Source of the DNA: Desulfobacteraceae bacterium
GTDB taxonomy: Bacteria; Desulfobacterota; Desulfobacteria; Desulfobacterales; JAABPS01
DNA length: 24,502 nt
NCBI GenBank assembly: GCA_011391835.1
Contig: JAABPS010000001.1
Coordinates: 1-24,502, forward strand
Reading direction: 5' to 3'
Part shown: piece by piece, positions 1 to 7,671 of the stretch
Layout: each line of letters starts with the position of its first letter
Position numbering within the stretch: position 1 is the first letter of the stretch
Notes under the pieces: generated by a model
What the model saw: only the letters and a program-made list of their open reading frames with translations
Database searches by the model: none
What the model was told of the DNA's origin: nothing
Made by a program: the position numbers and the translations under genes

Positions 1-153
1 CTGAATAGAATTACCCAGTGGTTTGTACGGACGTTTATAGCCCGCCCCACTTATTTTCGTGCTATCGCCGATTTTGATGCCCGGATTTCTTCAAACGGGT
101 CAACAGACAAAATTTTTGGAACATGCCTCTACGAGGTCATGGGGTTTGAGTAA
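1..153 (+). CDS. 3' end of an unidentified protein (partial, runs off the left edge)
   Basis: Frame 1 is open from base 1 to TAA at 151-153 (LNRITQWFVRTFIARPTYFRAIADFDARISSNGSTDKIFGTCLYEVMGFE*). The sequence is protein-like and co-oriented with the next gene. Family not recognised. Confidence 0.55.
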   Translation: MNRITQWFVRTFIARPTYFRAIADFDARISSNGSTDKIFGTCLYEVMGFE

Positions 154-186
154 AGATGTATTATATCGATTTTTGGAGTGTATAGT

Positions 187-1032
187 ATGCCTGAAGTCCT
201 AAAATATGATGAAATAGGATATTGGTCGGAAATTAAACTCGACATTATTAAGGATTATGCTTCCGAATATTCAAGGATATTAAACAATCAGTATAATCCG
301 TCATTTTATCATATTTATATTGATGCTTTTGCTGGGGCGGGAAAACACAAATCAAAGAATACAGGGGAATTTATACCAGGCAGCCCAACCAATGCTCTAA
401 ATATTCGACCCGCTTTTAAGGAATATCATTTTATTGATTTAAATGAACAAAAAATTGAATCACTTGAAAATATTGCCGGCAATAGAAAGGATGTCTATGT
501 TCATCACGGTGATTGCAATCAGATCTTGCTTGATAAAGTTCTTCCAAAAGTAAAATATGAACAATATCGTCGTGCACTTTGTATTTTAGACCCTTATGGA
601 CTTCACCTCGATTGGAAAGTAACATCAAAAATTGGCCAAATGAATTCTATTGAGATATTTCTAAATTTTCCTGTTTATGATATTAATCGAAATGTTCTAA
701 GGAAAAGACCGAAAAGTGTATCTCCGGACCAAATCGATAGAATGAATAAATATTGGGGTGATGACTCATGGCGAGGAATTGCATATGAACAATCACCACA
801 AATGCCGCTTTTTGGCAATCCTGAAGAAGAAAAAGTTTCGAATGAAGTAATAGCTGATGCATTTAGATCACGACTAAAAAAAATAGCAGGGTTTAATAAT
901 GTTCCCAAACCTATTGCTATGAGGAATTCACAAAATGCCATTATATACTATCTCTTTTTTGCTTCTCATAAACCAGTAGCTGAAAATATTGTAACTTATA
1001 TTTTTCAAAAATATGCAAATAGAAGAGGATAA
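187..1032 (+). CDS. tcmP: Three-Cys-motif partner protein TcmP (predicted SAM-dependent methyltransferase-like fold)
   Basis: Motifs WSEIKLDII, YIDAFAGAG (SAM-binding motif I-like), GSP, HFIDLN, GDCN, LDPYG, EIFLNFP and YYLFFAS. It sits directly upstream of a DUF5131 gene, the partner that defines the family. I prefer ATG 187 (GGAG at 175-178) over the track's GTG 178. Confidence 0.9.
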   Translation: MPEVLKYDEIGYWSEIKLDIIKDYASEYSRILNNQYNPSFYHIYIDAFAGAGKHKSKNTGEFIPGSPTNALNIRPAFKEYHFIDLNEQKIESLENIAGNRKDVYVHHGDCNQILLDKVLPKVKYEQYRRALCILDPYGLHLDWKVTSKIGQMNSIEIFLNFPVYDINRNVLRKRPKSVSPDQIDRMNKYWGDDSWRGIAYEQSPQMPLFGNPEEEKVSNEVIADAFRSRLKKIAGFNNVPKPIAMRNSQNAIIYYLFFASHKPVAENIVTYIFQKYANRRG

Positions 1033-1034
1033 AA

Positions 1035-1775
1035 ATGTCCGCATCTTCTGCAATTGAATGGACTGAACACACATGGAACCCTACCACAGGCTGCACAAAA
1101 GTTTCATCTGGTTGTCGAAACTGCTATGCGGAAATTATGGCCCGCCGTTTAAAAGCAATTGGAGTAAAAGGTTATGAAAACGGATTTATACTCACTCTAC
1201 ATCCTGATCGATTAACTCAGCCATTAAACCGGAAAAAACCCACTCTTTATTTCGTAAATTCAATGAGCGATATTTTTCATGAAGATATACCTGACAGTTA
1301 TATTCATGATGTCTTCAATATAATTAAAAAAGCGCAGCAACATACTTTCCAGATATTGACAAAACGGGCAATTCGGATGTCACAGTTTCTTCAATTGAAT
1401 GGTGTGCCAGAAAATGCATGGATAGGTGTTACTGTTGAAAATAGAAGACATGGTATCCCTAGGATTGATATATTACGAAATGTAAAGGCCCCTGTACGAT
1501 TTCTATCAATGGAACCATTGCTTGAAGATTTGGGACATCTTAATTTGACAAATATTGATTGGATTATTGTAGGTGGTGAATCAGGTCCAAAAGCTCGTTT
1601 AATAAAACCCGAATGGGTAAAAAGTATTAAACAACAATGTGAAAAACATAATATTTCTTTCTTTTTTAAACAGTGGGGTTGTTGGGGTATTGACGGTAAA
1701 AAGCGTTCCAAAAAATTAAATGGGAGGTTACTGCTTGGCCGTATATGGGATAATAAGCCAGTTCCCTTTAACTAA
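1035..1775 (+). CDS. DUF5131 / phage Gp37-Gp68 family protein (radical-SAM-like Cx6Cx2C motif)
   Basis: WNPTTGCTKVSSGCRNCYAE, FVNSMSDIFH, FQILTKR, RFLSMEPLL, WIIVGGESGP and FFFKQWG. It starts 2 nt after the tcmP stop, with GAGGA upstream. Confidence 0.92.
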   Translation: MSASSAIEWTEHTWNPTTGCTKVSSGCRNCYAEIMARRLKAIGVKGYENGFILTLHPDRLTQPLNRKKPTLYFVNSMSDIFHEDIPDSYIHDVFNIIKKAQQHTFQILTKRAIRMSQFLQLNGVPENAWIGVTVENRRHGIPRIDILRNVKAPVRFLSMEPLLEDLGHLNLTNIDWIIVGGESGPKARLIKPEWVKSIKQQCEKHNISFFFKQWGCWGIDGKKRSKKLNGRLLLGRIWDNKPVPFN

Positions 1776-1917
1776 TTAATTTCTAGTACACTATTTTATC
1801 GATACTCTCGTCCCATCGATCCGTAGATCCAAGCAAAACTTAATCATATGGTGCCCACAAAATTATCCACACTTTAGCATCAATAAACATTAAATCCTAT
1901 TCTTTTAAAATATCCCT

Positions 1918-3432
1918 TTAAACCATTTTCCGAAGCTCTTTCTTCTGAATTTTGCCCACCAGGTTCTTGGGAAGGGCATTAACAAACTTGACCCGTGAAG
2001 GACTCTTAAACGGCGTCATCTTCGACTGCGCGAATTGGATAACTTCTTCTTCAGTTATTTCCTGATTCGGCATCTTTACCACAAATGCCATAATCTCCTC
2101 CCCATATTTTTCATCAGGAATTCCGATTACCGCCACTTCCTGAATGGCTGGATTCTCATCCAGGTATCCCTCAATCTCGCTCGGGTAGATATTGTATCCG
2201 CCTTTGATCACCATATCCTTAATTCTATCCGTAATAAAAAGATATCCTTCTTCATCCATATATCCTACATCACCGGTATGCAGCCAGCCACCGCGAAGAG
2301 CTTCTGCCGTAGCCTCAGGATTTTTATAATACCCTTTCATTACATTTGGCCCTCTGACAACTATCTCTCCCTGTTCGTTGGGCGGAAGCTCCTTGTCATT
2401 CAGATCAAAAATCTTAACCTCTACACCAGGCACCGGAACACCGCAGGAACCGCTTTTCATTTTCATGCTCGGCCTGCATAAAGCCACAGCCGGGGCCGCC
2501 TCGGTCAATCCGTATCCCTCATACATTTTACACTTGAATTTCTCGCTAAAGGCCCGGTAAAGCTCAGGCGAAACGGGCGCCGCACTGATCGAGCATCTTT
2601 CCAGAGAACTCGTATCATATTTATCCCCAGCAGGATGGTGCAGAAGCACCTGGTACATGGTCGGCACACCGATAAAATTATTTGCCTTATATTTTTCAAT
2701 CAAACGGAATATCTCTTCAGGATCAAACCATGTCATCAGCACGCCAAAGGATTCTTTAAAGGATGAAAGATTCGAAGCGTTCATGGCCACCACTCCAAAG
2801 GAATGTGCCAGCGGAAGGCAAAGGATGGCAACCGCTGCCTTCTGATATTCATTGGCTTCCCAGGCAGCTTCAGCATTGGTTTTTAAATTGTTATGGGTCA
2901 GCATGACTCCCTTGGGTCTGCCTGTTGTGCCGGATGTGTATATCATGAGCGCCAGATCGTCTTCATCCATATCTTCGATTGTTTCGTCAGGAGGATTTCT
3001 TTCAACAAGACTCTCAAAGCCAACCTGATCCCCATGATCCGCTCCGCCAAGGACAATGACATGTTTAATGCTGGTGATCCCTTCCGTGGCCTTGTTGATT
3101 TTTTCAAGCAGATCTTTGCTGGTGATCACTGCCTTGGCATCCGAATGATCAAGAATATAACGGGTTTCATCCTCACCCAGAAGAAACATGATCGGTATAA
3201 TAACCGCACCAATCCTCCAGATAGCCCCAAAACAGGCAAAGACTTCAGGCGAGTTGGGCAGGGAAACCACCACATGATCGCCTCGGCTGATTCCTAACGA
3301 TTTCAAGCCGCTGGCAAGTTTAAGGCTCATCTCCCTGATTTGCACATTGGTATACGGCTTGTCTTGATAATAAAGTGATACTCGTTCGCCCATCCGTTTG
3401 ATTCGTTCATCTCCGAGGGTTACCAGGTTCAT
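1918..3432 (-). CDS. Long-chain-fatty-acid--CoA ligase (class I adenylate-forming enzyme)
   Basis: YTSGTTGRPKG (AMP-binding P-loop), EGYGLTE, GWLHTGD, DRIKDMVIKGG and a C-terminal GKIQK. AGGAGG Shine-Dalgarno upstream on the minus strand. Confidence 0.93.
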   Translation of the reverse strand: MNLVTLGDERIKRMGERVSLYYQDKPYTNVQIREMSLKLASGLKSLGISRGDHVVVSLPNSPEVFACFGAIWRIGAVIIPIMFLLGEDETRYILDHSDAKAVITSKDLLEKINKATEGITSIKHVIVLGGADHGDQVGFESLVERNPPDETIEDMDEDDLALMIYTSGTTGRPKGVMLTHNNLKTNAEAAWEANEYQKAAVAILCLPLAHSFGVVAMNASNLSSFKESFGVLMTWFDPEEIFRLIEKYKANNFIGVPTMYQVLLHHPAGDKYDTSSLERCSISAAPVSPELYRAFSEKFKCKMYEGYGLTEAAPAVALCRPSMKMKSGSCGVPVPGVEVKIFDLNDKELPPNEQGEIVVRGPNVMKGYYKNPEATAEALRGGWLHTGDVGYMDEEGYLFITDRIKDMVIKGGYNIYPSEIEGYLDENPAIQEVAVIGIPDEKYGEEIMAFVVKMPNQEITEEEVIQFAQSKMTPFKSPSRVKFVNALPKNLVGKIQKKELRKMV

Positions 3433-3720
3433 ATAAGCCTCCTTTTAAATGAGTTGTATTGACCACATCATATATTAAAGCAGGTGAACGCAGGAATCGA
3501 ACATCGAAGTATGGCAAGGGTCAACATGGTTTTGATTGAACCGTCCATCAGCTTGTTTGAAGCATATCCTGTTTTGGATGATGAATATTGAAATGAAGGA
3601 TTTCGATATTCGATTATGGATTGTTGTGTATCATGTCTGTCTGTGAATGGCAATAGCGTGCGATCGTTATTTTACCGCCTGTGAAATAATCATCAGCCTA
3701 ACCTTTCAATTCTTTATTGT

Positions 3721-3749
3721 TTGACACGCAAACGCTCAACCTATATATT
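3721..3749 (+). promoter_or_regulatory. sigma70-type promoter (TTGACA-N17-TATATT)
   Basis: Perfect -35 at 3721-3726, 17-nt spacer, and -10 TATATT at 3744-3749, 33 nt upstream of ATG 3783. Confidence 0.65.
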
Positions 3750-3782
3750 TTTAAAAACAGCATAAAAACATCAGGAACGCCC

Positions 3783-4001
3783 ATGAAAGAAATTGGCACA
3801 CTCAGCCTCATTGAACTGGTTAATAAAATTCAAAAACATGAACTATCTCCCGTTGAACTCATGCAGGCTGTAATTTCCCGTATTGAAGAAACCCGGGATG
3901 GCTTAAATGCCATTGTCACCTTTATAGACAGGAATTTTGCTTATGGCCCTGGCATTCTGACTGGCCAACCCAATGGAAAAAGCGAGTTCTGGATTAAATG
4001 A
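3783..4001 (+). pseudogene. Truncated amidase (GatA-like amidase-signature family) remnant
   Basis: MKEIGTLSLIELVNKIQKHELSPVELMQAVISRIEETRDGLNAIVT matches the typical amidase N-terminus. Similarity ends near 3920, there is no GGSSGG signature or catalytic Lys/Ser, and the frame stops at 4001. Confidence 0.75.
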
Positions 4002-4047
4002 ATATCAGATGAGCTGCTCTTTAGCGGCCAGTCAATAAAAGGATACC

Positions 4048-5469
4048 ATGACGTTGCAAAAAATAGTTTCTGCCTTTATTAAACGATGGAGTAGCGAAGC
4101 TGGATACCGCCAGGTTGTTTTTCTTGCAATCCCTCTCATCTTAAGCACCACGTCCCTGGCAATCCAGCAGTTTGTCGGGCGAATATTTCTGGCATGGTAT
4201 TCCGCTGAAGCCATTGCCGCCACCATGCCTGCCGGAATATTAAATTTTACCATCATCAATCTCTTCATCGGCACAGCCGGGTATGTAGGGGCATTTGTTG
4301 CTCAGTACTGGGGAGCTTCACAGCACAGGCACATTGGTCCGATTGTGTGGCAGGGATTTTATATAGCCATGATTGCCGGCATAGTTCATTTGGCATTAAT
4401 ACCGCTGGCCGGCCCTTTCTTCAGTTTTGTAGGACACAGTCCGGAAATCCAGCATCTGGAAACCGCCTATTTCCAAATCATCTGCCTCGGCGCAGGCCCT
4501 GCCGTTGCCATCAGCGCCATTGCTGGATTTTTTTCAGGTCAAGGGAAGACAAAAATTGTAATGATCGTAAGTGTCATAGGGAACATCATCAACGTGGTCT
4601 TAAATTACCTGCTGATTTTCGGCCACCTCGGATTGCCCAGACTTGGCGTCAAAGGAGCGGCTATTGCAACCGTAATTTCAAATACGATAGCCTTCTTTAT
4701 ATTTTTATTTCTTGTTTTTACCCGCACACATGAAGCAGAATACAACATACGTTCCGGGTGGCGGCCCAACAGCTCCCTTTTCACCCGGCTGCTTCGGTTT
4801 GGCCTTCCCAATGGCATGCAATACTTTGTTATATATATGAGTGTTACTGTATTTATCCTTCTGGTTGGCCGGCTGGGCATCATCCCGCTGGCTGCAACCA
4901 ATATCTCTTTTAATATCAACATGCTTGCGTTTATGCCGATGATGGGCTTTGGAATGGCGGTGATGATCCTTGTGGGACAATATCAGGGTAAACGGCAGCC
5001 CGACCTATCAGAAAAAAGTGTTTATTCAGGGCTGCATCTCACCTATATCTATATGGCAGGAATTGCTGCTGCCTATTGGCTTATTCCTGAGTTTTTTCTT
5101 TGGCCGTTTGCAGTAAAAGCCGATCCAAAAAGTTTTACAGCCATAAAAGAAACAGCAACTGTACTGCTTCGGTTTATTGCTTTGTATTCTCTATTCGACA
5201 CAATGAACATTATCTTTGCTTCAGGAATTAAAGGTGCCGGGGACACACGGTATGTTATGCTGATGACCTTCTTCCTTTCCATGTTTGGCCTGGCGATTCC
5301 CACATATATTGTTTTAAATGTATTTCACTTAAATTTATACGCTGCCTGGACGGTGATCACCCTGTATATCGTTCTTCTGAGCTTTGCATTTCTTGCGCGC
5401 TTTCTTGGAGGCAAGTGGAAAACCATGCGCATTATTGAAAAAGCAAAACTACCCGACAGTATTAAATAA
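4048..5469 (+). CDS. MATE family efflux transporter (MOP superfamily)
   Basis: 473 aa with about 12 hydrophobic segments in two repeats. Family-typical strings LAIP, GFFSGQGKT, NYLLIFGHLGLPRLGVKGAAIAT, GQYQG and GIKGAGDT. Confidence 0.9.
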   Translation: MTLQKIVSAFIKRWSSEAGYRQVVFLAIPLILSTTSLAIQQFVGRIFLAWYSAEAIAATMPAGILNFTIINLFIGTAGYVGAFVAQYWGASQHRHIGPIVWQGFYIAMIAGIVHLALIPLAGPFFSFVGHSPEIQHLETAYFQIICLGAGPAVAISAIAGFFSGQGKTKIVMIVSVIGNIINVVLNYLLIFGHLGLPRLGVKGAAIATVISNTIAFFIFLFLVFTRTHEAEYNIRSGWRPNSSLFTRLLRFGLPNGMQYFVIYMSVTVFILLVGRLGIIPLAATNISFNINMLAFMPMMGFGMAVMILVGQYQGKRQPDLSEKSVYSGLHLTYIYMAGIAAAYWLIPEFFLWPFAVKADPKSFTAIKETATVLLRFIALYSLFDTMNIIFASGIKGAGDTRYVMLMTFFLSMFGLAIPTYIVLNVFHLNLYAAWTVITLYIVLLSFAFLARFLGGKWKTMRIIEKAKLPDSIK

Positions 5470-5488
5470 TGTATACTTCCCTATTCAT

Positions 5489-5518
5489 AAAAAAAGGCCG
5501 CGGTTTTTATCCGCGGCC
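5489..5518 (-). terminator. Rho-independent terminator between the convergent MATE and parA genes
   Basis: 8-bp GC stem GGCCGCGG (5496-5503) / CCGCGGCC (5511-5518) with a 7-nt loop. The A7 at 5489-5495 gives a U-tract on the minus strand. Confidence 0.8.
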
Positions 5519-5548
5519 CTCGTGCCATGAAAAATCGTTAGGGTAGTT

Positions 5549-6388
5549 TCAAACCAGCGACAGCCTCCCTGCCACCTCCGCCGCAAGGGATCTGAACGCA
5601 TACGCTCCCGGTGATGAAGAATCGTATACATTGATAGGCAGCGTCTGCATGGGTGCTTCTGAAAGGGTGATATTCTCAGGAATATAGGTATTGAAAAAGT
5701 GAAGCTTCTTAAACGGAGCCTGGTTTTTTACTTCCTCCATGGTGAGTGCGTGATAATTCAAATAGCCGCGCACACGGGTAAACACAACCCCCAGGCATTT
5801 GACGTTAAGCTGAAGGCTATTTTTTAAATACGCAATACGATCAAGCACCAGCTTGAGCCCTACGGTTGAAAGATAATCCGGCTGCATGGGAATCATAAAA
5901 TAATTGCTGGCACACAGAGCATTCTGAGTCACGGACATGAGGCTGGGCGGGCAATCACAAATGATGACATCATATTGATCCTTTACCTTCTTCAATTTAC
6001 GGGAAAATATTCTCTCCCTGCCCGGCTGGGATGCCAGGATCGTATCAATAAATGTCATTTTCAGATGGCTTGGCAATAGATCCAGGGTCGGTATCCTTTC
6101 GCAAACACCCTTGACAATATAATCCTGTATATTTTGTGATGTCTTGTCACCCTTTTTTTCCTTTTCCATCCCCATCACTTCTGCCATGGTTCCATGTGCA
6201 CGGTCCCATTTCAGCCATTCTTTTTCATGCATAAGACTTAATGTAGAATTGGTCTGAGGATCAAAATCAGCGAGCAAAACACGTTGATCAAAATTTTTCG
6301 CGAGAACAGCAGCAAGATTTACCGCACAGCACGTTTTTCCTACACCGCCTTTCATTTGTATTACTGAAATTATTTTTGTGTCAGTCAT
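5549..6388 (-). CDS. ParA/Soj family ATPase (orphan)
   Basis: Deviant Walker A MKGGVGKT, plus DFDPQTNST, ICDCPP, IPMQPD and LSEAP. I prefer ATG 6388 (purine-rich AGGGGGAGAGAG leader) over the track's 6424. Confidence 0.88.
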   Translation of the reverse strand: MTDTKIISVIQMKGGVGKTCCAVNLAAVLAKNFDQRVLLADFDPQTNSTLSLMHEKEWLKWDRAHGTMAEVMGMEKEKKGDKTSQNIQDYIVKGVCERIPTLDLLPSHLKMTFIDTILASQPGRERIFSRKLKKVKDQYDVIICDCPPSLMSVTQNALCASNYFMIPMQPDYLSTVGLKLVLDRIAYLKNSLQLNVKCLGVVFTRVRGYLNYHALTMEEVKNQAPFKKLHFFNTYIPENITLSEAPMQTLPINVYDSSSPGAYAFRSLAAEVAGRLSLV

Positions 6389-6464
6389 CTCTCTCCCCCT
6401 TTTTATTGGTATGAGGTTAACCAAATCAATTCGCTCTTCTCCAGACTACATAAACTGATTAAAA

Positions 6465-6493
6465 TATATAGAAAAATTGGGATTCCCTGTCAA
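6465..6493 (-). promoter_or_regulatory. Candidate sigma70 promoter for parA (TTGACA-N17-TATATA)
   Basis: Forward-strand tgtcaa at 6488-6493 and tatata at 6465-6470, 17-nt spacer, about 75 nt upstream of the parA ATG. Confidence 0.45.
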
Positions 6494-6591
6494 TGAAAAC
6501 ATTAAAAAGAGCAAAACTTGGGGTATCATCCAAGCTCTTCGTTAAAACTATCGTCAAAAGAGACATGATTGATTCGGAAATCATATATAAA

Positions 6592-6785
6592 ACCCGGGGA
6601 ATCGAGTACAATGCAGAGTATCCATTGTGGACTTACTCGAAGACGGTATTACCTATAATGCCATCCTGTTTACGTATGATGGAAACAATGCGGGGGTAAA
6701 AAGGGATGCAGAGGATGGCATAACATATTATATTGGCAATCATTATGAAGTGCATAATGGTCAGGGGGTGATTCTAATAACTTAG
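6592..6785 (+). pseudogene. Frameshifted RHS/YD-repeat protein fragment
   Basis: TRGIEYNAEYP in the 6493 frame joins, by a 1-nt shift near 6621, to SIVDLLEDGITYNAILFTYDGNNAGVKRDAEDGITYYIGNHYEVHNGQGVILIT* (TAG 6783-6785). FTYDG-x3-VK and TYYIG-x2-YE are characteristic RHS core repeat strings. Confidence 0.6.
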
Positions 6786-6861
6786 TTTTTTTTCCATAAT
6801 TTTAACTTAAGCAGCGACTCTAAAATTGGCATCCCCAGAGTTGGCTTCGCTGATTGAATGA

Positions 6862-7590
6862 TTAAAGCGGGGTGGGTTGTACCCATTTGCTATTATTTCC
6901 ATCGTAAAACCATTTATCCGGGAACCCCCGACGCTTGATGAACGTTGGGTTTTCCGCCCATGCAATCAGTTGCTCATAGGCCGCATGAATTTTTCTAAAT
7001 GATACGGTGTCGCCGCCATGGTCAGGATGATGAATTTTAGCCTGTTTTCGATAGGCATTCTTAACGGTTTTTTTTAACTCAATTGAATTTAAGTCAGGTC
7101 TGCCAAGTTTAAGATAGAGCAAAGCGGTTTTTTCAATTGCTGGAATTTTATTTTCAACGGGTTTGACGGAGCGTACAGATTTATTAGATTTGATGGCCTG
7201 TTGATATACATGGCGGGTTGCCAGGTAGCTTTTCTTTGTCCGATTTTTCTCTTCCCACCAGGCATTTCCCAAAATATCGGCCATTCTGCTGAAATCTTCA
7301 GCCGGTTTTCTGCCAAGAGATCGAGGCAGGATATAGCTGAATATTTCATTTGAGCCATACGGAAGCATGTCCATAATAATAACTTCTTCAGTAAAGTAGA
7401 AAGTGGCATATTTGGCATTTAACGCTTTAAGCAGACCTGTTCGAATGTCGAGTTTATACCGTAAACGCTGTCTGCATTTAATGGAGCAATACTTGCGGTT
7501 CCCCATATTCTCCGATATGCCGCAGGAAAGGCATCCATTCGCTTGCCTGCTGTCTGAAGTTGTTGACTTCATTTTTCGTTTATTACTCAT
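6862..7590 (-). CDS. J-domain (DnaJ-like, class C) protein with an N-terminal Cys cluster
   Basis: J-domain near the C-terminus (VKNAYRKQAKIHHPDHGG...FRKIHAAYEQL). N-terminal CLSC...YCSIKC. No G/F region or DnaJ CxxCxGxG repeats. Confidence 0.8.
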   Translation of the reverse strand: MSNKRKMKSTTSDSRQANGCLSCGISENMGNRKYCSIKCRQRLRYKLDIRTGLLKALNAKYATFYFTEEVIIMDMLPYGSNEIFSYILPRSLGRKPAEDFSRMADILGNAWWEEKNRTKKSYLATRHVYQQAIKSNKSVRSVKPVENKIPAIEKTALLYLKLGRPDLNSIELKKTVKNAYRKQAKIHHPDHGGDTVSFRKIHAAYEQLIAWAENPTFIKRRGFPDKWFYDGNNSKWVQPTPL

Positions 7591-7671
7591 AGGTGGAAAT
7601 AATTTATCAGGAAGCCATCCGCAGGTAAAGACTTATTTTGTGAGAGGGCACTGGGTCTTTGAGTCCAAGAG

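Noticed and set aside
1863-1871. Perfect DnaA box TTATCCACA
   Set aside because: It is a single copy, with no box cluster, DUE or dnaA-type context. One 9-mer hit in 24.5 kb on two strands is unremarkable.
3468-3653. 61-aa minus-strand ORF and a short plus-strand ORF (MARVNMVLIEPS...) upstream of the acyl-CoA ligase
   Set aside because: No motif, no convincing Shine-Dalgarno, and it overlaps a probable promoter region.
6493-6699. 68-aa ORF as a genuine small gene
   Set aside because: It is better explained as one frame of a frameshifted RHS remnant, and the ATG lacks a Shine-Dalgarno.
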